This document shows positions 8,279 through 17,462 of a DNA stretch of 28,151 nt, piece after piece. The number at the start of each line of letters is the position of its first letter. Positions within the stretch are counted from its first letter, which is position 1. The notes beneath the pieces are model-generated. The model had not been told where the DNA came from, did no database searches, and worked only from the letters and a program-made list of their open reading frames with translations. A program made the position numbers and the translations under genes. Origin of the DNA: a virus; IMG/VR virus record IMGVR_UViG_3300028534_000016, positions 1 to 28,151 of that record, one strand, 5' to 3'.

Positions 8279-8295
8279 AATGATATATGTTTAAA
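8279..8295 (-). promoter_or_regulatory. putative early promoter (TTTAAACATATATCATT)
   Basis: Motif copy ~30 bp upstream of the start at 8247. Confidence 0.7.
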
Positions 8296-8345
8296 AAATA
8301 ATACATAATAAATCACATTTAACTGAAAATATAAAAGGATACATT

Positions 8346-9398
8346 ATGAGCATCATAACTACTATAGATTACACTGTTAACCAAGAAGAACTAAAAGAGA
8401 CAGAGATAGCGTTAGAGGAACAATTACATAATTTAGATTTAGTGATTTCACTTATGTTAGATACCGAATCCGAAACTATTCCTGAATCAATACAAGAGAT
8501 TACTGGTTTCGAAGTAAGCACTGAAGATAAAGATGATGTAAGTACTTTTAAAGAGAAACTTAATCAAGTCTATAAAGATATTAATAGTTATATTTTTAGA
8601 ACATTTAAAAGGTTCACTCCGTTAACATCTAAGTCTAAAGAGTATAAACAACAACTTATAGAGAAAGCTATTAGTGATATTGAGGATGGTACTCTTGTTC
8701 CTAAAGAAACATTAGAACAAAGTAAACTAACTTCTCTTAATAACAAGTTAGCTCCTTTTTATGCTACCGGCTATAGTTTATCATCAGGTGCTAATGACTT
8801 AAGTAATTATATTAGTAATATAGTTGACTTAACTAATCGCTCAGGAAGATTTATTAAAGGACTCATGGACTTTAACGAGAAGTTAAAAACTTCAGGAGAT
8901 GTGCCTAGATTAAATGGTATCTTAAATATTAAGAAGAACATACATGGCGTTAAGAGTACTGTAGTTAGAAAACGTACTATCACTGATTTTAGAATGTCTA
9001 TTATGAACAAATGGTTTAGTAGTACAGTAACTATAGTTATGTTATATGGTAGACGTGAAGGAGGTGTTAAGTTAAGCACTGAGAAATACGTATTAACTAA
9101 TATACCTAAAATAGGCACAGCTAATAACTCACAAACTATTAAATTATTACAAACAGCATTATCTGTAGGTAAACAACTAGATAAAGTAAATGGTGATTTA
9201 AATAGAACTATTAAAATCATTACTCGAGATAGTACTATGGCTTTACTAGATGAAAACATAGATAAGAAAAAAAGGTTTTTATTGGCTAGATTTAACGAAG
9301 CAGTAACTGTTTCTCTTATTAATTTATATAAAGATGTATATACAATAGATGACGTAGTACTCATGTATGTTAATAAATTATACGAAAGAAAAAAATAA
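8346..9398 (+). CDS. putative internal head protein with acidic propeptide
   Basis: Acidic N-terminal ~65 aa ending in VSTE (matches the S/A/G-x-E phiKZ-type prohead protease site), followed by a basic helical body. Confidence 0.55.
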   Translation: MSIITTIDYTVNQEELKETEIALEEQLHNLDLVISLMLDTESETIPESIQEITGFEVSTEDKDDVSTFKEKLNQVYKDINSYIFRTFKRFTPLTSKSKEYKQQLIEKAISDIEDGTLVPKETLEQSKLTSLNNKLAPFYATGYSLSSGANDLSNYISNIVDLTNRSGRFIKGLMDFNEKLKTSGDVPRLNGILNIKKNIHGVKSTVVRKRTITDFRMSIMNKWFSSTVTIVMLYGRREGGVKLSTEKYVLTNIPKIGTANNSQTIKLLQTALSVGKQLDKVNGDLNRTIKIITRDSTMALLDENIDKKKRFLLARFNEAVTVSLINLYKDVYTIDDVVLMYVNKLYERKK

Positions 9399-9408
9399 AA
9401 GCAAACAA

Positions 9409-9438
9409 TAACACTAAGAACCATTGTTCTTAGTGTTA
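9409..9438. terminator. palindromic hairpin, family copy 3
   Basis: taacactaagaac-catt-gttcttagtgtta between convergent genes. Confidence 0.75.
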
Positions 9439-9445
9439 GTTTCTT

Positions 9446-9961
9446 TTAATTATATTCAGCAATAAGTGAGTCAATCATGAATTCAAATAACTTACTTCGT
9501 TCTTTTCTGGTAATATAGTTACTATTAATTCGGAAGTTTATTTTTAAATCATTATCTGTACCATATGCTTCGTTGTAGTCAACAGTTATTTCTAATTTGG
9601 TTTCTACAGTAAGAGCTTGGAACAATCTATTACGAGGTATGTTTAAAATTTCGACACCGTTATAGTAGCATTCTCTTAGTAGTTTAGTTGCTAAATCCGA
9701 AGTTCTTTTGTTATATTTAAAGGAGATATAACAATCTGAATCATTTTCGTGACCGCTACAACAGTATTCAGTTTGTACAAAATCAATCTTGTTTAGTGTA
9801 ACTATTAGTTTGGCGATTAAACTATCTAAACTAACATTGTCACTATCCTCATTAAGAACATATAACCCAGTAATTTTATTTAATCTAGGGTTATAGGCTA
9901 ACTCAATATCATCTTTATAGGTTAATTTTTCTAACCAATCTATCTCTTCACATACATTCAT
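9446..9961 (-). CDS. hypothetical protein with TEYCCSGH motif
   Basis: LN......T..CCSGH is reminiscent of the TYW3-like TTSSCSGR N-terminal motif; function unknown. Confidence 0.6.
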   Translation of the reverse strand: MNVCEEIDWLEKLTYKDDIELAYNPRLNKITGLYVLNEDSDNVSLDSLIAKLIVTLNKIDFVQTEYCCSGHENDSDCYISFKYNKRTSDLATKLLRECYYNGVEILNIPRNRLFQALTVETKLEITVDYNEAYGTDNDLKINFRINSNYITRKERSKLFEFMIDSLIAEYN

Positions 9962-10245
9962 TCTTCATCCTTACACTGTATTACAAAATTATCATACATA
10001 TTATAAACGCCTATATTGGCAGCTAATACGATATAATCTGAACCATAACAAATATCTGTAAAATAATCATCGTAACTAATTTCTTCTGTAGTAGAACCAC
10101 TTAAGAATCCAGGATTAATTTTAGTGATACTAATGTATTTGCTACTAAATTTGACATTATGAGATTCTTTAATAATGATTATTTCACCTCCAGCATAAAC
10201 ACTACTAGATATTAAGAACATTAGTATTAATACTTTTTTTAACAT
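9958..10245 (-). CDS. secreted hypothetical protein
   Basis: Start moved to MLKKVLILMFLISSSVYA (signal peptide; AAGGAG RBS). Confidence 0.7.
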   Translation of the reverse strand: MLKKVLILMFLISSSVYAGGEIIIIKESHNVKFSSKYISITKINPGFLSGSTTEEISYDDYFTDICYGSDYIVLAANIGVYNMYDNFVIQCKDEE

Positions 10246-10260
10246 TACTTTCTCCTTATG

Positions 10261-10297
10261 TAATCTACTTTTATTATATATGTTTATAATTATTTGG
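10261..10297 (-). promoter_or_regulatory. putative early promoter within a 37-bp repeat
   Basis: 35/37 identical to 1848-1884. Confidence 0.75.
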
Positions 10298-10359
10298 AAC
10301 ACTATATAACCTGTACATATACTATATTGGTTGAATAATTAAAATAGAAGGAATAATCT

Positions 10360-10779
10360 ATGAGTACTGATATTAAGAATCAAGATACAGGAATGTTTAC
10401 ACCTGAAGAACAAGAAATTTTAGAGTTAACTAAAAAAGTAAGAGTTGATACTCTTAAGAAAATGGTAGAACAAGGAGTACCTGAAAGATCAGGAGACATC
10501 AGAGTACTAGTTGAGTTATCATCATCATTAGATAAAGTAATTAATGATACGGCTACTAATAGACTTAAAATGCAAGACACACAAAACAATAAAGCTAATG
10601 CTGAAATGATAGTAGCTGCTATTATGGCTAAGAAAGATACTAATGTTAATGTTAATATAGATAGACCTTCTGAGTTACCTGATGAAGTAATTGAAATAGA
10701 AGTAGTTCCTGGACAAACTGATATTAATCCAGCGAAACTTAACCCTAGTGAATTTTTACCACAAGATATAGAGGAATAA
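10360..10779 (+). CDS. hypothetical protein
   Basis: ORF track; AAGGA RBS; helical N-terminal half and acidic Pro-rich tail. Confidence 0.8.
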   Translation: MSTDIKNQDTGMFTPEEQEILELTKKVRVDTLKKMVEQGVPERSGDIRVLVELSSSLDKVINDTATNRLKMQDTQNNKANAEMIVAAIMAKKDTNVNVNIDRPSELPDEVIEIEVVPGQTDINPAKLNPSEFLPQDIEE

Positions 10780-10792
10780 AAAAAAATAAGAT

Positions 10793-10821
10793 ATACTAGA
10801 TAACCATAGGTTATCTAGTAT
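10793..10821. terminator. palindromic hairpin, family copy 4
   Basis: atactagataacc-ata-ggttatctagtat between convergent genes; A-run upstream. Confidence 0.75.
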
Positions 10822-10825
10822 GCTA

Positions 10826-11368
10826 TCAATATGTCTTTTCAAAATAGTTATCTGGAACTTTGTTACAAATATTACTATCATAATATTCGTTACCGTAGAT
10901 ATAAAATAGTTCCTCTACTTTCTCGTCATCAATAATTCCGTTAGTGGTATCAGCCATAATGTCTTTCTTTGCTTTATCGACATCTAATTTCGCATACTGT
11001 GATTCACCCCACAATATGACCATACTATCTTCTGTCATATACGGTAATAAAACAACTAACATCTTTTCGATATTGTAATCTTTGTTTTTATTACCTAATA
11101 CATATTTTATATGTACATTAGCTGGGTCACTAGTATCTATTACTGTTTCTTCTTTTTCGTCAAAATCAAAAGCATAACCAAAATAGTTATAAAATAGATT
11201 ATTACATCTACTATTTGCGTCTATCCCTTTTGGTACTTTAGTTATCTCCTTATATTCTTTTTCATCATGTTCAAAATTATATTTTGACTCTTCTATCCAC
11301 TTCATGATATCTGGTCTAGTTCTTAAATCTAACTTAATATCTAAATAACATTCATAATATATTGACAT
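10826..11368 (-). CDS. hypothetical protein
   Basis: ORF track; TAATG translational coupling with the upstream gene. Confidence 0.75.
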   Translation of the reverse strand: MSIYYECYLDIKLDLRTRPDIMKWIEESKYNFEHDEKEYKEITKVPKGIDANSRCNNLFYNYFGYAFDFDEKEETVIDTSDPANVHIKYVLGNKNKDYNIEKMLVVLLPYMTEDSMVILWGESQYAKLDVDKAKKDIMADTTNGIIDDEKVEELFYIYGNEYYDSNICNKVPDNYFEKTY

Positions 11369-12018
11369 TATATTTCCTTTAAGTCTAAGCTAATAGTGAT
11401 TTCTTCACCATTTATCTGCTGCAATAACTCTTGTTCTTCTTGTATTCTCATATTATCTTTTTCCACTAGAGATACTAACTCCTCACACTTTTTCTTTATA
11501 CGATTAAATGCTATTTCAATATCGTTAGTTAATGTATTTAAATTAGATTCTCTTGTTAACTCTAAAACAGGAATAGTATCAATTACTACTTTATGTCTTT
11601 TTTCTAATGTTAAATATTTAAGAAGATTATTCCAAAACCCAAGCACAGGAACCCATTCGTAAATATAATATTCCTCTACTTCAAAATGGTCAGATAGTTC
11701 AGGTAGATCAAAAACAATATCTCTAACTATCCCTGAATTATTTTTTAGTGATATTTTAAATCGGTCACTTGCGATAAGTATCAATTTTATACCTTCATAT
11801 CTTTCACCTATTGATTCTGGTAAAAAACGAATGTCATTTAGGGTATACCGTATGGTTTCTCCGTTTACTCTTCTTTTTATTTTAAATTCAAGAATATTAT
11901 CTACTATCTTAATGAAAGTTTGAACATAAAAATGTTTACCTTTTATGCTAAGCTTACCCGGTAACTTCTTTGTTTCGCTCATTAATGTTTTTATTCTATC
12001 ATCTTCAAATTCTATCAT
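11368..12018 (-). CDS. hypothetical protein with C-terminal coiled coil
   Basis: ORF track; AAGGAG RBS. Confidence 0.75.
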   Translation of the reverse strand: MIEFEDDRIKTLMSETKKLPGKLSIKGKHFYVQTFIKIVDNILEFKIKRRVNGETIRYTLNDIRFLPESIGERYEGIKLILIASDRFKISLKNNSGIVRDIVFDLPELSDHFEVEEYYIYEWVPVLGFWNNLLKYLTLEKRHKVVIDTIPVLELTRESNLNTLTNDIEIAFNRIKKKCEELVSLVEKDNMRIQEEQELLQQINGEEITISLDLKEI

Positions 12019-12029
12019 TTGTTACTCCT

Positions 12030-12368
12030 TTAAAAAGTACTATTTCCTGTACCATAATATACTATTTCTATATTTTTAGCATCTATTTGTTTTTCAGTAT
12101 ACCAACCACCTATAACATACATGTCTTCTTTAAACTCTAACTCCAGATACTCCTCTTTAGTTAGTGTGATTAAATATATATCGTCATCATATGTTGTATC
12201 ATAATTATTATGATCACATACAAATACCACAGGACCCATATTGTTTTCACCATAAAACGTATTATAAATAGGACCTATTTGTGGCACTAATCCATTTTCA
12301 AGAATAGATTCTCTATTTGACGGTAAGCTTTTATGGTATAACATTATAGTTTCATTATTACTGCTCAT
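12030..12368 (-). CDS. ADP-ribosyltransferase-fold protein (Tpt1/KptA C-domain-like)
   Basis: LYHKS...RESILENGLVP, VFV, and WYTEKQI pattern typical of this domain. Confidence 0.55.
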   Translation of the reverse strand: MSSNNETIMLYHKSLPSNRESILENGLVPQIGPIYNTFYGENNMGPVVFVCDHNNYDTTYDDDIYLITLTKEEYLELEFKEDMYVIGGWYTEKQIDAKNIEIVYYGTGNSTF

Positions 12369-12393
12369 TGTTAAGCTCCTATTATTTCATTAT

Positions 12394-12915
12394 TTAACGC
12401 ATATCACTCATTGCGATAGCTAATTTTAAAGCTTCGTCTATGTCGTCGACATATTTTATTGTGGGGTGATTATGGTATTGTGTTTTGTTAACAAGATATT
12501 CCTGTTTTCCAACAATGATAATATTTTTATTACTAACAATACACATGCCCAAATAAACAAAATTACCAGTTTGTCGTCCTTTATTAAATTCAAGTATACA
12601 GGTATCGGACTCTAAGAATTTTTCCAAATCTTTTTTAGAATCTAAGATAGTCTTATCTCCAAAAAGATCGTCTAACCTGGTTCTAAAAAATTGTATGTAA
12701 TTTTTTAAATTACCATATAACTTTCTTTCTGTTTCAGGAAAATTTTCTATCCATCTTTTTTTAGCCTTTTGTAATATTTCATACCTATACATTGTAAAGG
12801 TAGTTAAATAGATGTCTTCTTTTAGATTATTTTTTACATTCAATATGTAATCAACTTTCTTTATAAACTCAGGGTATTTATAATTAGTACTTAAACTAAT
12901 AAATATTTTATTCAT
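12394..12915 (-). CDS. nucleoside 2-deoxyribosyltransferase-fold protein, probably lacking the catalytic Glu
   Basis: KIFIS N-terminal strand; DLEKFLESDTCIL...GNFVYLG....NKNIIIVG...HP pattern, with Y where the family has E. Confidence 0.5.
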   Translation of the reverse strand: MNKIFISLSTNYKYPEFIKKVDYILNVKNNLKEDIYLTTFTMYRYEILQKAKKRWIENFPETERKLYGNLKNYIQFFRTRLDDLFGDKTILDSKKDLEKFLESDTCILEFNKGRQTGNFVYLGMCIVSNKNIIIVGKQEYLVNKTQYHNHPTIKYVDDIDEALKLAIAMSDMR

Positions 12916-13447
12916 CCCTATCTCCTATTTTTTCTTCTAAATCCCTCATGCATTTTTCTTTCTTATCTAAAGGGATCTTATTTATTTTTGCCGAATATTT
13001 CCAATACACATCATCTATGATATTTTTAAGATGAAATAAAACTAATCCATCTCTAATATCACTATTTGTAGTTTCCACTTCTAACAACTTCTTAATAACA
13101 GTCCAATTATCGTTATCTGTTATTTTTAATAAACTACATAACTCCGATAGTACTTCTTGTGTTGTATTATCTTGGTTATGGTTAGAAGTTATTTTCTTAT
13201 CTGTAATTGTGAAGTAATGTGCAGGAACACCATTCCAAAAATGACTCATAGTTGGGAAATACTCTTTATTAGTATATGGAATCATATCACCGTTAGCTAA
13301 TCTACGCTTTACAATATACCCGTCGATAAAAGCTTTCTTAAATACTGCTAATTCATCATCAGCTATAGCTAAACCACTTTTACAATCTTCTAAATTAACC
13401 AATTCCCAACCATTATCTGTTTTAGTCCATACTTTTATTTTGTTCAT
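12908..13447 (-). CDS. hypothetical protein
   Basis: ORF track; start moved to MNKIKVW (GGAG RBS). Confidence 0.7.
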   Translation of the reverse strand: MNKIKVWTKTDNGWELVNLEDCKSGLAIADDELAVFKKAFIDGYIVKRRLANGDMIPYTNKEYFPTMSHFWNGVPAHYFTITDKKITSNHNQDNTTQEVLSELCSLLKITDNDNWTVIKKLLEVETTNSDIRDGLVLFHLKNIIDDVYWKYSAKINKIPLDKKEKCMRDLEEKIGDRDE

Positions 13448-14703
13448 TATTTTCTCCATTATATGTTAGATATTTTTCAACATCTTTTGGTTTGGTGTTC
13501 GGTGACAAGCTTTCACCTCTACACAACTCTAAGAAATTACGATACCATTTATTACCAACTCTGTATTTGTAGATCTTAGAAATTTCGTGTTCTAAGTAAT
13601 CTTCCAACTTAGAAAATTTATCATACTTAATACGAATTAACGGAATTCCGTGTATGTATGCTAAAGTATCCTTTTCTTTATCTCTTTCTTTTATACGTTT
13701 AAAAGTTTTTTCTCCACCAAATATCTTTACAGGTTTAAAATGTTGCTCGCCATCATACTCTATAAGTATATTGAGTTCTGGTAAATAGAAATCATACTTG
13801 TATCTACTTCCTGGTAAACTATATTGTCTCACATATTTTATGTTTGCGGTATCTAAATAGGTCTTTATTCTTTTCTCTCCTTTAGAAGACTTACATACTG
13901 GACAACCATTACGATGACTAGTGTGATCTGTTGGTATTTGTTCAAAATCACCATGTATAAGGCAAGTTATTGTTACTGGTATTTTGTTATTATTTGTTAT
14001 TAATATAATTAACTTTATCATAATTATATTTATTACCATGTACTAGTCTTGATTTCTTTATAAAATCTTCTTTTGTGGGTGTTTGGTTTAAACGATTGAG
14101 TTCTTGACCACACTTAGTACATCCTGTTGTTGAATTTAAATGTGAATTAGGGTACATTAGTTGTGTTCCATGTATAGGACAAATAATTTTTATTTTATTA
14201 AATGCTCCAGTATATTCTGTTACAGAATAATCAAACTTATCACCGTGTTTAGCTTTCGATTCTTTGATAAACTCTTCAGTAGTTTTGGTGTTTTTTAAAT
14301 CAGTAGATTCTTTGCCACACTTAGAACAACCATTACCGCTAGTATGTGAACTAGGTCTAATACTAAAATCTCCATGTTTAGGGCAAGTAACATCTACTTT
14401 ACTTTTATCATCAACATATTTTACATTATCATATAGGTATTTGTTACCGTGTTTAGCTATAGCTTTTTCTATAAAAGATTCCTTAGTTCCTCTTTTAGAA
14501 GCACGCATAGCTTCTATGCCGCACTTAGGGCAACCATTTTTGGATATTAAATGCTTATATGGTGTTTGTTTAAATTTACCATGTAACGGACACATAATCT
14601 CTACATGCTTATGCATACTTTTAAAATCAGTATTGTCGTAGTTAAATTTATTACCGTGTTTAGCTATTGCTTTATCTAACCAAATTTGTCTTTTATCTTT
14701 CAT
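13422..14703 (-). pseudogene. free-standing homing endonuclease (four CxxHG...CxxC zinc repeats plus Vsr/PD-(D/E)xK-like nuclease) disrupted by a 10-bp duplication
   Basis: Repeats of F...A..KHG.KY.Y....Y......V.I.CP.HG.F...P..H....GC.KC; C-terminal SKGE..I, YDFY, IEYDGEQH; tttgttatta duplicated at 13983-14002 breaks the frame. Confidence 0.85.
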
Positions 14704-14741
14704 GTTTTTCCTTTATTTAATTATTGTATTTATCCTATATT

Positions 14742-14758
14742 AATGATATATGTTTATA
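14742..14758 (-). promoter_or_regulatory. putative early promoter (TATAAACATATATCATT)
   Basis: Motif copy upstream of the endonuclease gene. Confidence 0.7.
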
Positions 14759-14794
14759 ATAATATAGTATGTAGTATTAATTAAAGGATAAATT

Positions 14795-16945
14795 ATCATT
14801 TTATTTTTAGAAGACTGGAAAAAATATCCAGAAGCTATAGTTGATTTAAAAACAACTAATAAATCTGCATTAGAATTATCGATGTTGTTAAAACGCATGG
14901 GAATAAAGAACCATTTATTTATTTTAGCATTACATGATCCTGATTTACAAGGAGTAAATCCGTTTAGTCCTGATTTAACAATGGAACAAAAAGTAAAAAT
15001 AGCACATGAATGTAGACACAATCCGTGGTATGCCATAAGGGAAGTAATAAGGCTACCTGCATCGTCCGGTACTGAACCGTTGCGTTATAGATTAAATAGA
15101 TTTAATGTAGCGCAAATGTGGTTGTATTTTAATCATGTCACTACTTTAGGTATAGCGCCAAGACAAACTGGTAAATCAGTAGCATCAGATGTACTCATGA
15201 CAATTTTAATGTCCTTTATGACCGTCAATACAAAAATGATGCTACTTACAAAAGATGATAGCCTTAGAGTAGGTAATGTTACTAGGCTTAAAGACATATA
15301 TAAAGAATTGCCAGATTTTTTACAACTAAAAGATCGAACAGATACAAATAATACAGAAAAAATAACAATCAACGCACTTAATAACGTATATACTACTTCG
15401 GTGGCTCAGCCCTCGACTAAAGGTGCACTGAAATTAGGACGCGGCGCTACGATTCAAAATGTGCATATTGATGAGGCGGCCTTTATTAAGAACATTGATA
15501 TTACTTTACCGGCACTATTAGCTGCTACTGGTGCAGCTAGGGATAACGCTAAAGCCGCAGGGGAACCTTATGGTAATATCTTAACCACTACAGCAGGTTA
15601 TCTTAATTCTAAAGAAGGTAAATATGTATATGAGGAAATATACAAGAAAGCCATGCCGTGGACAGAAAAACTTTATGACTGTAAAAATGAAGAAGAGTTA
15701 GTAGATGTTATTCGTAAAAACTCTCCTGGTAAAAAAGTTATGGTTCTTCTTGAATTCAACCATAGACAACTAGGATATACCGATGAATGGATGCGTCAAA
15801 AGATTGAAGACGCTATGGCTGAAGGAGACGCAGTATTAGCTGACTTCCTTAACATATGGCCAGAAGGTTCAGAGTCTTCTGCTATACCTAAAAACCTACT
15901 TAAAATACTTTTTGATTCAATACAGAAAGAACCCTATGTAGAAATCTCCTCTTACGGTTATGTTACTCGTTGGTATAAAACAGAAGAAGAGATAGAAACC
16001 TTACTTAAAGACAGATATATGACTATCTCTTTAGATACATCAGATGCTGTTGGTAGGGATGATATAGCTATGACTCTAAGAGATGATAAAACAGGTGCTA
16101 CGTTAGCAGCAGGACAGTATAACGAAACTAACCTTATTACCTTTTCAGAATGGTTAGTCTCTTGGTTAGAACGATTTCCTAACTTAACTATGATAATAGA
16201 GAGAAGAAGTTCCGGAGTAGCCATTATAGACAACTTACTTAAAATCCTACCTGCTAAAGGTATGGACCCGTTTAGAAGGTTGTTTAATTGGATAGTAGAC
16301 GAAGCATTAGAGTACCCAGCTAGAGTAGAGGAAGTGTTTAGAAGAAACTTAGAACAGAGAGATCCTTCTTTGTACGTTAAGTACAGAAAACATTTTGGGT
16401 ATGCTACATCAAGTGGTGGTAGAGCTAGTAGGGATGCATTATACGGAAATACTATATTGAGTGCGATTAAGTACACTGGTAACGCAGCACATGATAAAAA
16501 CTTAGTAGACCAAATAGCAGGGTTAACTGTTAAAAACGGTAGAATAGACCACAAAACTGGTAGTAAAGATGACTTAGTTATTTCATGGACATTGGGTTAT
16601 TGGTTCTTAACTAGCGCTAGAAATAAAGAGTATTACGGTATACCTAATAACATAGTGTTGAGTACAGTTATTAACAACGTGTTAGAGAAAGATAATAATA
16701 AAGAGAAGATAGAAATGCAGAGGTATCAAGTAGCTCTTAAAGAATATATAGATAATCTGTTAGAAGAGTTACGTAAAATAAAAGATCCAGTTAGATCGCA
16801 TATGTTGACTAATAAGATTAAACACTTATATAAAGACATAGATACTAGTTATGTGCAGCCAGTTAATATAGATAGTGTATTAGAAACTATAGAGTTAGAG
16901 AAAGCAAAAAAACAAGCAACACAAACAACATACTATAACTACTAG
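14795..16945 (+). CDS. terL: terminase large subunit, phiKZ-like
   Basis: Walker A PRQTGKS, Walker B VHIDEAAF, TTTAG coupling motif, RNase H-like SLDTS, KDDLVISW; open frame extends 29 codons upstream of ATG 14882 to ATC 14795 behind AAAGGA. Confidence 0.92.
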   Translation: MILFLEDWKKYPEAIVDLKTTNKSALELSMLLKRMGIKNHLFILALHDPDLQGVNPFSPDLTMEQKVKIAHECRHNPWYAIREVIRLPASSGTEPLRYRLNRFNVAQMWLYFNHVTTLGIAPRQTGKSVASDVLMTILMSFMTVNTKMMLLTKDDSLRVGNVTRLKDIYKELPDFLQLKDRTDTNNTEKITINALNNVYTTSVAQPSTKGALKLGRGATIQNVHIDEAAFIKNIDITLPALLAATGAARDNAKAAGEPYGNILTTTAGYLNSKEGKYVYEEIYKKAMPWTEKLYDCKNEEELVDVIRKNSPGKKVMVLLEFNHRQLGYTDEWMRQKIEDAMAEGDAVLADFLNIWPEGSESSAIPKNLLKILFDSIQKEPYVEISSYGYVTRWYKTEEEIETLLKDRYMTISLDTSDAVGRDDIAMTLRDDKTGATLAAGQYNETNLITFSEWLVSWLERFPNLTMIIERRSSGVAIIDNLLKILPAKGMDPFRRLFNWIVDEALEYPARVEEVFRRNLEQRDPSLYVKYRKHFGYATSSGGRASRDALYGNTILSAIKYTGNAAHDKNLVDQIAGLTVKNGRIDHKTGSKDDLVISWTLGYWFLTSARNKEYYGIPNNIVLSTVINNVLEKDNNKEKIEMQRYQVALKEYIDNLLEELRKIKDPVRSHMLTNKIKHLYKDIDTSYVQPVNIDSVLETIELEKAKKQATQTTYYNY

Positions 16946-16965
16946 GATTAACCTAGTAGTTATAG
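16933..16965. terminator. palindromic hairpin, family copy 5, overlapping both stop codons
   Basis: ctataactactagg-attaa-cctagtagttatag. Confidence 0.75.
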
Positions 16966-17462
16966 ATTTCTTGCATCTTGGCACGAATGTGAGGCGTAAA
17001 ATAACCTTCCGATTTTATGTAGAAAGATCTATCATTAGGGTTAACAGTGTCTGAATAATCTGAATCTTCAAAAACTATAATATTACCTACAGTTTTGTTT
17101 TGTCTAGCTAACTTGATATCTTTTCTTTTGTTACCACAAGAGAGACTTTTAATATATGGGTCTAAGTGATTCTTAATAATACGAAAAGCATTATATTCAA
17201 ATTCGTAGTAACGTTTATCTAGAGTTAACTTATATTCATCATAAGCAATGTGACCGTTTTCCATCCAAATAGTATCAGTACACCAAGAAGAGATGATTTG
17301 TATCTCTACTTGGTAATGAAGACATAACTTAGCTAAGTACTTACAGTTTAACTCTAAGATAGTTAATGCATCATCAAAGTTTTCAGGGTCGGTACCTAAT
17401 TCAGGTAAGATAGTTCCATCTATGTCTAGTAATAGTAAATTAGTAAGTGATTTCATAAACAC
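16953..17462 (-). CDS. HAD-superfamily phosphatase
   Basis: LLLDIDGTI motif I, IISSW motif II, IVFEDS motif IV; capless type similar to RNA-repair HAD domains. Confidence 0.75.
   Translation of the reverse strand: MFMKSLTNLLLLDIDGTILPELGTDPENFDDALTILELNCKYLAKLCLHYQVEIQIISSWCTDTIWMENGHIAYDEYKLTLDKRYYEFEYNAFRIIKNHLDPYIKSLSCGNKRKDIKLARQNKTVGNIIVFEDSDYSDTVNPNDRSFYIKSEGYFTPHIRAKMQEIYNY

Noticed and set aside
8807-9424. 205-aa antisense ORF and similar shadow ORFs (1217, 1822, 2659, 4897, 5243, 10380, 11396, 14264, 14740, 15133, 15958, 19946, 20926, 25094, 25544, 25810, 26665)
   Set aside because: They lie opposite well-supported genes and have the Leu/Ser/Ile/Phe-rich composition typical of AT-rich antisense frames
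13422-14039. Independent 205-aa gene starting MVINIIMIK
   Set aside because: Its N-terminus is an out-of-frame reading of the upstream zinc repeat; it is the 3' part of the frameshifted endonuclease
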